NCBI GenBank assembly: GCA_963817895.1
Contig: CAWFQB010000004.1
Coordinates: 800,001-864,000, forward strand
DNA: 64,000 bases
From: an uncultured Chthonomonadaceae bacterium
Lineage (GTDB): Bacteria > Armatimonadota > Chthonomonadetes > Chthonomonadales > Chthonomonadaceae
Reading direction: 5' to 3'
The notes under the pieces were generated by a model. That model searched no databases. It saw only the letters and a list, made by a program, of their open reading frames with translations, and was not told the origin of the DNA. The position numbers and the translations under genes are program-made. Numbering within the stretch: position 1 is the first letter of the stretch; the number at the start of each line of letters is the position of its first letter. Below, piece after piece: positions 41,538-51,839 of the stretch.

Positions 41538-43475
41538 ATGTTCGGCGAGAGTTCCTCAGAGATTTCATCCCCCAGCGGCGTAACCGCGCAGACAGGCGGC
41601 CTTGCGGTTGCGCCTTCATTAGAAGATACATTGATAACCGATGCCAGCGCGGCTACTCAGCCGCCTGTGGGCAGAGTGGTGGATCGCCGCACTCTGTTGT
41701 TAAGCGCAGTCGCGGCGGGAGTTGGGGTTGTAGCCGCGCTGATAGCCCGACTGCTGACAGCCCTGATCGGATTTGTTACCAACCTTGCTTACTACGGACG
41801 CTTTTCGACCCGGTTTGTCTCTCCCGCAGACCATCATCTGGGCGCGTTCGCGCTGATTGTACCCGCGATTGGCGGCTTGATTGTCGGCTTCATGGCGCGT
41901 TACGGTTCCAAAGCCATTCGGGGACACGGCATCCCCGAAGCGATGGAGCAAATTCTGACGAACCAGAGCCGTATTCCTCCTCGCATCACATTCCTGAAAC
42001 CGCTTTCCGCAGCGGTTGCGATTGGAACGGGAGGGCCGTTCGGCGCGGAGGGGCCAATTATCGCGACGGGCGGCGCGCTTGGCTCCGTTATCGGGCAACT
42101 ACTGCATATTACGGCGGTGGAGCGTAAAATTCTGCTGGCGGCGGGCGCGGCGGCGGGCATGACCGCAACGTTCGGCAGCCCTCTTGCCGCTGTCGTTCTT
42201 GCCATTGAATTGCTGCTGTTCGAGTTCCGCCCGCGCTCCCTGATTCCTGTGGCTCTAGCAAGCGTGGTTGCGACCGGAGTTCGCTATGTTCTGGTGGGTA
42301 CAGCCCCCGCGTTTCCCATGCCGGACCTGCTGCCGCCGGGGAGCGCGGCGTTGCTGTTTTATGCTGTTTTGGGCGCATTGATAGGAGTGGTTTCTGTCGG
42401 CGTAACGCGGCTGGTCTATGCCGTTGAGGATGCGTTTGAGCGGCTGCCGATTGGGTGGGTATGGTGGCCCGCGCTTGGCGGTCTTGTGGTGGGCGTGGTC
42501 GGCCTGATCGCGCCGCATACGTTGGGCGTCGGCTATGACAACATCGAGCATATTGTAGGCGGCACATTAACCGGTAAAGCAGTGCTGTTTCTCTGTCTGA
42601 TGAAACTGATTTCGTGGTCTATCTCGCTTGGAAGCGGCACATCCGGCGGCACGCTGGCCCCGTTGTTTACTATCGGTGGAGGATTGGGCGCAGTCTTGGG
42701 CGGTATGGCCGTCGCATTATTTCCGCAGGCGGGAATTGACCCGCGCATTGCCGCGCTGGTAGGCATGGCGGCGATTTTTGCCGGAGCTTCGCGCGCCCTG
42801 CTCGCCTCGGTGATTTTTGCCTTTGAAACCACGCGGCAACCCCTCGGATTGCTGCCTCTGCTTGGCGGCTGCACCCTCGCCTACATGGTATCCTGCCTGC
42901 TGATGAAGCAAACCATTATGACCGAAAAGATCGCCCGACGCGGCATTCGGGTTCCCACAGAATATGGGGCTGATTTTCTGGCTCAGGTGACGGTAGGAGC
43001 CGTCGCTTCCCATTCCGTTACCGTTTTGAAAGCGGAAGAGGATATTCAGAAGATACGCGCTTGGATGGATTCCAACGCGCCGGAAGCGCAGCATCAGGGG
43101 TATCCGGTTATAGACGAGCAGGAGCGGCTGGTTGGCGTTGTGACTCGGCGCGATTTGCTGGCGCCTCAACTTTCGCAGGAGTCGCAAGCAGGGGCGCGCG
43201 TGGCGCGCGATCTGGTTAGACGTTCGCCGGCAGTTATCTTTGAAGACAACTCATTGCGAGAAGCGTCCGACAAGATGGTTCGTGAACGTGTGGGACGCTT
43301 GCCAGTCGTTGCTCGGAAAGAGCCGGCCCGAGTAATCGGTATCCTCACGCGCAGCGATCTGCTACAGGCGCACAGCCAACGCCTGGAAGAGCATCACCAC
43401 CGCGCCCGACATATTCGGTTACGGCAACTTCACCCCCGTATGGCCGCGCAAGAGGGGGAAAAGACTCCTCGATGA
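41538..43475 (+). CDS. ClC family chloride channel protein with CBS domains
   Basis: GHGIPE, GAEGP, GTSGGTLAP, two C-terminal CBS domains. Confidence 0.92.
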   Translation: MFGESSSEISSPSGVTAQTGGLAVAPSLEDTLITDASAATQPPVGRVVDRRTLLLSAVAAGVGVVAALIARLLTALIGFVTNLAYYGRFSTRFVSPADHHLGAFALIVPAIGGLIVGFMARYGSKAIRGHGIPEAMEQILTNQSRIPPRITFLKPLSAAVAIGTGGPFGAEGPIIATGGALGSVIGQLLHITAVERKILLAAGAAAGMTATFGSPLAAVVLAIELLLFEFRPRSLIPVALASVVATGVRYVLVGTAPAFPMPDLLPPGSAALLFYAVLGALIGVVSVGVTRLVYAVEDAFERLPIGWVWWPALGGLVVGVVGLIAPHTLGVGYDNIEHIVGGTLTGKAVLFLCLMKLISWSISLGSGTSGGTLAPLFTIGGGLGAVLGGMAVALFPQAGIDPRIAALVGMAAIFAGASRALLASVIFAFETTRQPLGLLPLLGGCTLAYMVSCLLMKQTIMTEKIARRGIRVPTEYGADFLAQVTVGAVASHSVTVLKAEEDIQKIRAWMDSNAPEAQHQGYPVIDEQERLVGVVTRRDLLAPQLSQESQAGARVARDLVRRSPAVIFEDNSLREASDKMVRERVGRLPVVARKEPARVIGILTRSDLLQAHSQRLEEHHHRARHIRLRQLHPRMAAQEGEKTPR

Positions 43476-43551
43476 TGTTCCCACACTGTTTGGAACAGCG
43501 CGGGAACATTCCTGTGGTGGAACGTGTCGGCAGGAAACAGGAGGACAGACA

Positions 43552-43965
43552 ATGCCGGACGTAACAGGAATTCTGGAAACATCGCTATATGTTTCGGACA
43601 TAGATCGCTCTACGCGGTTTTATCAGCAGCTATTCGGGTTTGAAGTGATTCTGGAGGAAGAGCGGCTTCATGCCCTGAGCGTGGCGGGGCGGAATGTGCT
43701 GCTGCTGTTCAAGCGGGGCGCGTCCACGCAGCCGAGCGAATACCCCGGCGGCATCGTTCCGCCACACGACGGACAGGGGACACAGCATATCGCGTTCGCC
43801 ATTCCCCGTGAAGAATTGGAAAATTGGCGCGAACGCCTACAGCAATTGAATATCCCGATTGAGAGCGAAGTTCACCCTGAACGCGGTGGCACAAGTCTTT
43901 ATTTCCGCGATCCCGACGGTCACAGCCTCGAAGTCGCCACGCCGGGAATATGGACGATCTATTGA
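43552..43965 (+). CDS. VOC/glyoxalase family protein
   Basis: ILETSLYV, HIAF, SLYFRDPDGHSLE. Confidence 0.9.
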   Translation: MPDVTGILETSLYVSDIDRSTRFYQQLFGFEVILEEERLHALSVAGRNVLLLFKRGASTQPSEYPGGIVPPHDGQGTQHIAFAIPREELENWRERLQQLNIPIESEVHPERGGTSLYFRDPDGHSLEVATPGIWTIY

Positions 43966-43966
43966 G

Positions 43967-44029
43967 GAGGTAGATAAGTAGATGGGTAGCCGGCATTTCT
44001 ACCATCTACCCATCTACTTATCTACCTCC
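43967..44029. repeat. Inverted 8-mer repeat hairpin between convergent genes
   Basis: GAGGTAGATAAGTAGATGGGTAG ... CTACCCATCTACTTATCTACCTC; overlaps the queD stop. Confidence 0.8.
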
Positions 44030-44379
44030 CCTGTATATACACACCCACTGGTACACGTTTCCTGCACCACGATTTTACTGAGCAGGGGCAGGGTGGGGCC
44101 AAGTCGGTTCCATACCCAACGGGCAAGGTTTTCGCTCGTTGGGTTTTCCAGGCCTTCAATGTCATTGAGGTAGTTGTGGTCTAGCAGATCAAAGAGTGGC
44201 TGAAAGGCGGCTTTCAGGTCGGCAAAATCCATGACCCAACCTGTATGCGGATGAACCGGGCCACGCACATGCACTTCAATTCCGAACGAATGGCCGTGCA
44301 GACGGGCGCATTTGTGGCCGTCCGGCACATTGGGCAGACGGTGCGCGGCTTCAATGGTAAAGACTTTGTAGATTTCCAT
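44014..44379 (-). CDS. queD: 6-carboxy-5,6,7,8-tetrahydropterin synthase
   Basis: [36 protein letters not shown]. Confidence 0.95.
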   Translation of the reverse strand: MEIYKVFTIEAAHRLPNVPDGHKCARLHGHSFGIEVHVRGPVHPHTGWVMDFADLKAAFQPLFDLLDHNYLNDIEGLENPTSENLARWVWNRLGPTLPLLSKIVVQETCTSGCVYTGEVDK

Positions 44380-44468
44380 ACCTCTATGATACCGCTTCCC
44401 CGCGAAAATCGGTTTCCTGTGAGGAAGTGAGGCGGCGGAAGTTCCTGTACGGTATGGAAGCGGAGGAT

Positions 44469-45323
44469 TTAAGAGGAAGCAGAAGCGTAAACGCCGTTGT
44501 AAACAAACTCGGCGGGGCCGGTCATCTGTATGGTTTGACTGGGCTGCCACGAAATGCTGAGTTCGCCGCCCTTGCTGGAAATGGTAACGGGTTTGTCGGG
44601 TGGAACCAAGCCTTTTACGATTGCCGCCACTGCGGATGCGCAGGCCCCGGTTCCACAACCCCACGTTTCCCCCGCGCCCCGTTCCCAAATGCGCAACTTC
44701 AAGCGCGACACGCCCTCACGCTCGCACCACATCAAACTGGTTCGTTCCGGGAACAACGAGTGGTGTTCCACCTGCGGACTGAGCGCGAAAAATTCCAGAT
44801 CGTTCGGCAAAGTCGGCACAAATGCCATTGTGTGCGTACTTCCCGTTGATAAAGCCGTAACAGTCAGAATTTGGCCGTCTTCCAACTCCAGCGGGTAATC
44901 CACAACCGGATTGAGCGCGACGCGCATGGGAATGTCCTGCGGCTCAAAACGCGGCAGTCCCATATCTACGCGAACCGCGTAAATCGTTCCTGCCCCATCG
45001 CGCAACACTTCTGCCGAACGAACGCCTGCCAGCGTCTGCACGTTCAGTATATCTGTTTGTACAATGCCGCGCTCTACCGCGAAACGCGCCAGACAGCGCA
45101 GGCCATTGCCGCACACATCCGGCGACCCATCCGGGTTGTACATCCGCATCAGAATGTCGGCAACAGGGGATGCATCCAGAACGAGCAGGCCGTCCGCGCC
45201 GACTCCCCGTTGTCGGTCGCACATCTCGACAGCCAGAGCGGGCCAGTTCTCTTTCCCGCGCCCATCCACGACCACAAAGTCGTTGCCCACGCCCTGCATT
45301 TTCGTAAACGGCACATCCGCCAA
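44469..45323 (-). CDS. dapF: Diaminopimelate epimerase
   Basis: [46 protein letters not shown] start after AGGAG. Confidence 0.93.
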   Translation of the reverse strand: MADVPFTKMQGVGNDFVVVDGRGKENWPALAVEMCDRQRGVGADGLLVLDASPVADILMRMYNPDGSPDVCGNGLRCLARFAVERGIVQTDILNVQTLAGVRSAEVLRDGAGTIYAVRVDMGLPRFEPQDIPMRVALNPVVDYPLELEDGQILTVTALSTGSTHTMAFVPTLPNDLEFFALSPQVEHHSLFPERTSLMWCEREGVSRLKLRIWERGAGETWGCGTGACASAVAAIVKGLVPPDKPVTISSKGGELSISWQPSQTIQMTGPAEFVYNGVYASASS

Positions 45324-45345
45324 ATTACACTCCTGAAAAATGCTT

Positions 45346-45494
45346 TCACCACAGAGGCACAGAGACACAGAGGTTTCACAGAGGAGAAAAGGAGAAAAGG
45401 AGAAAAGGAAAAAAGGAGAAATTAAACAATTCTTCTCTTTCTTTCCCTCTTCATTTCTCTGTGAAACCTCTGTGTCTCTGTGCCTCTGTGGTGA
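45346..45494. repeat. Long palindromic element of 8/9-mer repeats
   Basis: TCACCACAGAGGCACAGAGACACAGAGGTTTCACAGAG, then (GGAGAAAA)n, then the reverse complement of the first arm. Confidence 0.9.
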
Positions 45495-45498
45495 GAGA

Positions 45499-46377
45499 TT
45501 AGCCTTTCAACGCTTCCGCGCCGCCAACGATTTCGGAAATTTCCCGCGTGATGCCGGCCTGCCGCGCCCGGTTCAATTGCAGGGTCAGCGTACTGATCAT
45601 TTTGCCCGCATTGTCGGTTGCGGAACTCATGGCGGTCATGCGCGAACCGTGTTCGCTGGCGGTGGCTTCCAGAATCGCCTGATAAACTTGTCCCTCCACA
45701 TAGCGCGGCAAAAGAGCGGCCAGCAGTTCGTCGGCGGACGGCTCGAAGATATAGTCTTCCTGTTCGCCGCTCTGAGTGGGGGTTGCTTCTTCCACTGTGG
45801 GCGTCTGGATGGGCAGCAATTGTACATCCATCGGCTTCTGCGTAATGGCGGTGTAGAAGCGGGTATACAGCAGGAAAAGCTGGTCTATCTCTTCAGTTTC
45901 AAACGCCTGCCGGACGATGCGGGTAATGTCTTTGGCTTCGGCATAGGACAGGCCGGTGTTGGGAATGGTGAATTCCTGCGCCACGTTGTAACCACGCCGT
46001 CGGAAGAACTGAATGCCTTTTTTGCCGACGAGATATAGCTTAACGCGGTCTTTGTCGTACTCTCGCAGCAATTCGTTGGCGCGGCGCAGCATGGCCGAGT
46101 TGTAGGAACCGGCAAGTCCGCGATCCGAGGTGACGATGAGAAAACCGATGTTGCGCGGCGTCCGTGAAGCGAGCAGGGGATGCTTGATTTCGCCGCCTAC
46201 TGCCGTTGCCAGACTGGTCATCATTTCGCGCATGGTTTCGGCGTATGGACGCGCCGCTTGTACGCGATCCTGCGCCTTTTTGAGTCGCGCCACCGCGACC
46301 ATTTTCATCGCTTTGGTAATCTGCTGAATGTTTTTGGCGACTTTGATCCGCTGTCGCACCTGTCGTATGGTTGCCAT
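45499..46377 (-). CDS. atpG: ATP synthase F1 gamma subunit
   Basis: QITKAMKMVA, TSDRGLAG, SEHGSRMTAM, RARQAGITREISEIVGGA. Confidence 0.97.
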   Translation of the reverse strand: MATIRQVRQRIKVAKNIQQITKAMKMVAVARLKKAQDRVQAARPYAETMREMMTSLATAVGGEIKHPLLASRTPRNIGFLIVTSDRGLAGSYNSAMLRRANELLREYDKDRVKLYLVGKKGIQFFRRRGYNVAQEFTIPNTGLSYAEAKDITRIVRQAFETEEIDQLFLLYTRFYTAITQKPMDVQLLPIQTPTVEEATPTQSGEQEDYIFEPSADELLAALLPRYVEGQVYQAILEATASEHGSRMTAMSSATDNAGKMISTLTLQLNRARQAGITREISEIVGGAEALKG

Positions 46378-46532
46378 ATCAAATCCTTGTCAAACTACGA
46401 ATGAAGTAAACTGCAAAATATCGAACCGCAAAGACGCAAAAGAAACCAAAGAGTAGCAATCACGCTACACGGTTCAGAATATGCTTACATGCGAATTGCT
46501 CAACTTTGCTTCGCATTTCATCTTCGGAAGCG

Positions 46533-46667
46533 TCAGAAAGCCGCATCCTCTACAAACTCACGTCCTCCAGCCATGTCAGGATGAGACGTAAGAATATGCC
46601 CGTTCCATGTGTGGTCGTGAAGGACGCAGGTACGCCCAAGCGGGTCAATGAGAGTTGTATCCGCCAC
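46533..46667 (-). pseudogene. Truncated RelE-superfamily (PBECR-like) toxin N-terminus
   Basis: GAGGT RBS and GTG start; MADTTLIDPLGRTCVLHDHTWNGHILTSHPDM...AF*; below the ORF-track cutoff. Confidence 0.5.
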
Positions 46668-46770
46668 TATTATTCTACCTCGTTTTGTCAGGAGTGGAGA
46701 AATGCCGCTTATCTACATGGTCGTAGTTCGCGTCTGATGCGCTACCAACTTTCTGACAGCAACTGCGCTT

Positions 46771-47340
46771 TCATAAACCGTATTCCGCTCTTACATTGTT
46801 CAACATATGCGCGTGCCAGGTTTTCTCATCCGACAGCGCGGGCGGATCAATATCACGAATCGCTTGCTCGTATCTTGTTGTATACTTGCGCCCTTTCTCT
46901 TTCCGTTCTCCAGCACATCCTTCTATCTCTATATCGTATATCTCTTCCGTAACGACACAACACTCTGCGTAATGCTGAATGGACGAATTGACAAAGATCA
47001 CTTCTTTCTCGCGTTCGGGGTCTGCTATGACTACAACCACTTGCCCGTTCTGTTCTTCGTCAAGACATTGATATACCCATCCGCCTATCTCTCCAAGTAC
47101 GCGATAACGCGCAAAAGAAGCCGGGAGTGGCCCTGTCTCAGACACGAGTTCCGTAAGACGCGGGAGAGTGGGCGTTATCGTGCTATAGTAAATAGCTCTA
47201 GCAAGTCCCGCTTGATTTAGAAACTGCTTGGTCTCTTCCGGCAGATTGGTTTTCTGTAGCGTGCTTTTGCGGATGCGTACCATGTCGCCCATATCCTTGC
47301 CCCATTTGCGCCATGCCTTTATGAGTTCCTCAGAAGTCAT
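46771..47340 (-). CDS. SUKH-4 family immunity protein
   Basis: LPEETKQFLNQAGL, YRVLG, CLDEEQNGQV, FVNSSI, IRDIDPPAL...W; lower GC. Confidence 0.75.
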   Translation of the reverse strand: MTSEELIKAWRKWGKDMGDMVRIRKSTLQKTNLPEETKQFLNQAGLARAIYYSTITPTLPRLTELVSETGPLPASFARYRVLGEIGGWVYQCLDEEQNGQVVVVIADPEREKEVIFVNSSIQHYAECCVVTEEIYDIEIEGCAGERKEKGRKYTTRYEQAIRDIDPPALSDEKTWHAHMLNNVRAEYGL

Positions 47341-47803
47341 CGCTGCCGCTCCATCAACTGTCCACAGCAACCATCCTGCAAAAAATATTTGTGAAAAAGT
47401 GCCGAACAAAGCGAAAAACTCGAAACCTTCGCCTTACTCCTTCTGTCTACAAGATACAAACGTCTACCGGTAGCCTTTCCCCACAAGTTCCCCTTCTCCC
47501 AGGCTTTTTTGGGAGAAGGGGTTAGGGGTTGAGGGCTACTTATAATAGGTTCTAAACAGCCATGTGGCGGGACATTGCGAATTCGCAGTTCCTGACAACC
47601 TGACAACTAACAACCTGACCCGGAAGGGAGGCGCAAGAAGATGCCTGTACACACCCGTTCGCCTTAACACTTTCGAGGTCACGACGCCTCTTCTTAAAAA
47701 CTTGACACAACGAGACACTGGGCTGGAAGCGCTGCATTGCCAATATTTCGACGCTGTCTCTACATACTCTCTTTTTTCTGCATACCCATTGCCCAACGTA
47801 ATT

Positions 47804-50020
47804 CTACCTTGTTTTGGTGCGGACGGCGGACAGCAGTTCGTCTACGAGGGCGTTGTTGGCTCCGGTTGGGTCGTTCGGGTAGCGGTCAGCAATGTCTAAG
47901 GCGAAACGGCGGAACTCGTCGAGCGATACGGCGCGTTTGCCGTTCTTTTCGGACAGGTAGGACGCGCCTACGATGGCGGAACAGTCGGCCCCGAATTGCG
48001 CGGTCATTATGCTTTGCTGGTTGTTCAGGATGCACTGGACCATGTTCTGGATTTCGCCATAAAACGAGGACGGCCAGTGCTGCCAGTTGGAACCGGACGC
48101 GCGGAACCGGCGGGTTTCCTGTCCTTTGATGTCGCACACGACGGCGAAACGCTTGCCGTCCTCCTGAACCATTTTGATGCTTCCGGTTGTGCCGATGTAC
48201 GCCGTATCGGGCGAATCCTGTTCGCTCCACGAGCCTTCGACGTGCGCGGTTGTCCAGGCGTTGGTTTTGGCGTCCTCAAAGCGGATGAGAATATGGGCGT
48301 CGTCGTCTACCGTGATGTGCTGGTATTTGCCGTCAATGATGCGGTCGGGCATACGGATGCTCATGCCGTACGGCGCGGCGGCTTTTACCAGCGTAGGCGT
48401 TTTGTCCAGTCCGGCAATGTACCACGCCGCGCCGATGGCATGGATGCCGTTGTCAAGCAACGCGCCGCCGCCGCCGAAATCGGAGTTCCAGAAGCGGGGA
48501 TTGCCCTCCGGCCCGCCGTGCGCCTGCGTCAGAAACATCATGGTCAGTTCGCCGATAGCGCCCGCGTCCACCAGTTTCTTGACCGTGTAGTAGTCCGGCT
48601 CGAACAGCCAGTTCTCGTTGTGCTGATAAAATTTGCCCGTGCGCTCAATCGTCTGTATCAATTGCTGCGACTCCAGCCAACTGCGCGAAATGGGTTTTTC
48701 GCACATGACGTGGAACCCGGCTTCCAATGCTTGAATTGCAAGCGGCGTATGCAGCAGGGGTTGGGTGCAGATGTCAACCAGATCGGGCTTGATAATCTCA
48801 ATCACTTCGCTGATGTCGTCGCAAAGCTGAATGGTTTCCAGATCGGATTCCAGACGCTCGGCTGCAAGGATGTCATTGGCTTCCAGCGCCTGCCGAATTT
48901 TCGCTTCCATCAATCCCTGATACTTTTTATAGGCGAGGTCGAGGGCGATTTTATCCGGGTCGCACAGAGCGACAAGCTGCGCGGCGGCAATATCCGGGTA
49001 GCAGGGCAGATGCGCCCCGCGAAAAATGTTGCCTGTGCCAATGGCGGCAACGCGAACGCGCGGCGCGGCTTCCATGCGTGAAGTCTCCTTGCGAATCAGG
49101 TGGGTGGTATTTGGTGTTCGGTGTTCGGTGTTCGGTGTTCGGTTCGGCGATTGGGATGGTTCTGCTGTAAGTTCGTTTTCACCCTCAATGGTTTCGGCAG
49201 GGGATAGCGTCAGAGGCTGCGCGGCAATCTGAGCAACATCGCTTTTGCCCGGATCAACATCCGCGCCGGAATGAGCCTGTTCGGACTGTGTCATGCCAGT
49301 ATGCGCAGACGTGTTGGGCGCGGCATCCAGTTCAAGGTAACTGGCGCGGGCGGGAGGCAATTGCGGCGTTTGGGGAGATGCGACCGCTAATCCGAGATGC
49401 TGTTCCAGCGCGGCAAGCATCTGTTCGGCGTTCTGGTCATTATCAAGGGTTGGTTTTCCTGTGTCCTGTGTCCTGATGCCTGTTCCCTGTGCTGTTGTCG
49501 CCTGATTGCCTCGTGATGCGGTGACTTCTTCCCGCGCCTGCGCTTCCCGCGTCAGGTCAGCGATTTTACTGCTGGCGCGATCCCACAGGCTATCGGTTTC
49601 ACCCCCGCCGCCCGGTACATTAGCTTCCACCTGCGCGGCGGTAAACCGGGTATACCGCGCCTGTAATTCGTTGATGGTACGCAGCAGCGTGGCTTCGTCT
49701 TCTGGCAGGCGGATTTTGGCGGACTCGGCTTCCATTTGCGCCTGCGTCAACTGTGCGTCGCGTCCGCTCCAATTCTGCGGCAACGCGCGTTTGTTCCTGT
49801 TGTATTTCGTGCTGCAAGCCGGGGTTCTGCGCCCGTTCCGCCAGCGACTGCCGCGATCCAGTTCTGCGATTCGCTGTTCCAGCCGGGTCGCGTCCGCCTG
49901 AACTTTGTCGCGATACATCACGCGCAAAACGACGCTCTCGCGCAGGTCGCGCAAGGCGTCGCGTATTTCGGCCACTTGTTCACGAAGCGCCTGTTCCGGG
50001 GTTTGGCCGGGTTCGGGCAT
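47804..50020 (-). CDS. PspA/IM30-like coiled-coil region read in frame with a Gfo/Idh/MocA oxidoreductase (possible internal start at 49075)
   Basis: N-terminal heptad-rich helices with compensating frameshifts at about 49760-49855; C-terminal RVAAIGTGNI, HVMCEKP, GGGALLDNGIH; AAGGAG before ATG 49075. Confidence 0.75.
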   Translation of the reverse strand: MPEPGQTPEQALREQVAEIRDALRDLRESVVLRVMYRDKVQADATRLEQRIAELDRGSRWRNGRRTPACSTKYNRNKRALPQNWSGRDAQLTQAQMEAESAKIRLPEDEATLLRTINELQARYTRFTAAQVEANVPGGGGETDSLWDRASSKIADLTREAQAREEVTASRGNQATTAQGTGIRTQDTGKPTLDNDQNAEQMLAALEQHLGLAVASPQTPQLPPARASYLELDAAPNTSAHTGMTQSEQAHSGADVDPGKSDVAQIAAQPLTLSPAETIEGENELTAEPSQSPNRTPNTEHRTPNTTHLIRKETSRMEAAPRVRVAAIGTGNIFRGAHLPCYPDIAAAQLVALCDPDKIALDLAYKKYQGLMEAKIRQALEANDILAAERLESDLETIQLCDDISEVIEIIKPDLVDICTQPLLHTPLAIQALEAGFHVMCEKPISRSWLESQQLIQTIERTGKFYQHNENWLFEPDYYTVKKLVDAGAIGELTMMFLTQAHGGPEGNPRFWNSDFGGGGALLDNGIHAIGAAWYIAGLDKTPTLVKAAAPYGMSIRMPDRIIDGKYQHITVDDDAHILIRFEDAKTNAWTTAHVEGSWSEQDSPDTAYIGTTGSIKMVQEDGKRFAVVCDIKGQETRRFRASGSNWQHWPSSFYGEIQNMVQCILNNQQSIMTAQFGADCSAIVGASYLSEKNGKRAVSLDEFRRFALDIADRYPNDPTGANNALVDELLSAVRTKTR

Positions 50021-50029
50021 GGGGGAGCT

Positions 50030-50113
50030 CCGGGGAGTAGGTTGTAGGGAGTAGGACACTGCACAAGTTGAACAAGGCTTTTCCTACTCCCTACAACCTA
50101 CTCCCTACTCTCT
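50030..50113. repeat. Inverted heptamer repeat (GGGAGTA/TACTCCC)
   Basis: Directly visible downstream of atpA; same unit as 53188-53313. Confidence 0.8.
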
Positions 50114-50116
50114 ACA

Positions 50117-51821
50117 CTACGGCTTGAACTGCGCCTTAAACGCGGTAATGGCTTTCACGAGGCCGTCTTCCGTGTCTTTGTCCAGTTCTTTGGTGCGGCG
50201 CAATTTTTCCATGATGTCGGGGTAGCTTTCCGCCATGAACGGGTGGAACTGCTCCTCGAACTTGCGGATGGACGCGACGGGAATATCATCCAGAAAGCCG
50301 TTGTTGCCGGCATAGATGATCGTCACCTGCTGCTCGACGGGCATCGGATGGAAGGCGGGCTGCTTCAGCACTTCCACGAGCCGCAGGCCACGCTCCAACT
50401 GGTCGCGGGTCGCTTTATCAAGGTCGGACGCGAACTGCGAGAACGCCTGAACTTCGCGGAACTGCGCGAGTTGCAGGCGCATGTTGCCGCCCACTTTGCT
50501 GCCCTTCATTGCCGATACCTGCGCGGAACGTCCCACGCGGGATACCGAAATGCCGACGTTGATGGCGGGACGGACGCCCGAATAAAACAGGTCGGGTTCC
50601 AGGAAGATCTGCCCGTCCGTAATCGAAATCACGTTTGTCGGAATATACGCGGATACGTCCGAGGCCTGCGTTTCGATGATGGGAAGCGCGGTCAGGCTGC
50701 CGCCCGTTCCGGGAAGCATACGGATTTCCAGATCGTCCGCGTTGGGCATGGAAGCGAGTTCGGTTTTGGCGTGGTCGCGGCCTTCGCTGCTCTGGTAAAT
50801 TTTGCCGTCTACGCCCGTTTTCTCGCCGCCGTCCGCTTCCTTGTTCACGATGATGTAGTCTTCGCGGATTTTGGCAGGCGCGCTCCAGCAGGCGCGAATG
50901 GATGTAGAACACGTCGCCAGGATACGCTTCGCGTCCCGGCGGGCGGCGCAACAGCAGGGATACCTGGCGATACGCGACCGCGTGTTTGGAAAGGTCATCG
51001 TACACGACAAGCGCGTGCTGGCCCTTATCGCGGAAGTATTCGCCAAGCGTCGCGCCGGTGTAGGGCGCGATATATTGCAGCGGGGCGGGATCGGCGGCGG
51101 TGGCGGCTACGATAATCGTATAATCCAGCGCACCCGCCTCTTCCAGAATGTTGCGGACGTTTTGAACCGTTGTGGCTTTCTGGCCGATGGCGACATAGAT
51201 ACAGATAACATCGCCGCCCTTCTGGTTGATAATCGTGTCCAGCGCGACAGCGGTTTTGCCGATGCCACGGTCGCCGATAATCAACTCGCGCTGCCCTCTG
51301 CCAATCGGCACAAGGGCGTCAACGGCCTTCAAGCCCGTTTGCAGCGGCTGCTTCACAGGTTGGCGATCTACAACACCGGGCGCGCCCGCTTCGACATACG
51401 CATTCTGAGTGGTGATAATCGGACCTTTGCCATCCAACGGATCGCCGACAGCGTTGATAAGGCGGCCAAGCATGGCCTCGCCCACCGGCACTTCAATGAT
51501 CTTGCCGGTGCGTCGAACCGTCGTGCCTTCCTTAATTTGCGTGTCTGAGCCAAGAATGATCGCGCCGACGTTATCCTCTTCCAGGTTCAGGGCGAGGGCG
51601 CGAATGGAGGCTCCGTTTTCATCCGCGATGACGTTGTTGTCAACGTCCACGAATTCCAGCAGTTCCGATACCATGCAGTCCTTCAAGCCGTAAACGCGGG
51701 CAATACCGTCGCCGACTTGCAGCACGGTTCCCACGCCCACTTCGGCAAGCTGGTCGCGCTTGTTATATGTTTCGAGTTCACGCTCCAGAATGGAGGTGAT
51801 TTCTTCCGGGCGAATAGCCAT
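50117..51821 (-). CDS. atpA: ATP synthase F1 alpha subunit; frameshift near 50875
   Basis: [70 protein letters not shown]. Confidence 0.97.
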
Positions 51822-51839
51822 AAGTGTTTTCCTTCGATG

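Noticed and set aside
50700..50870. Intein or intron in atpA
   Set aside because: No C/S...HN intein termini, too short, and no group I/II intron features
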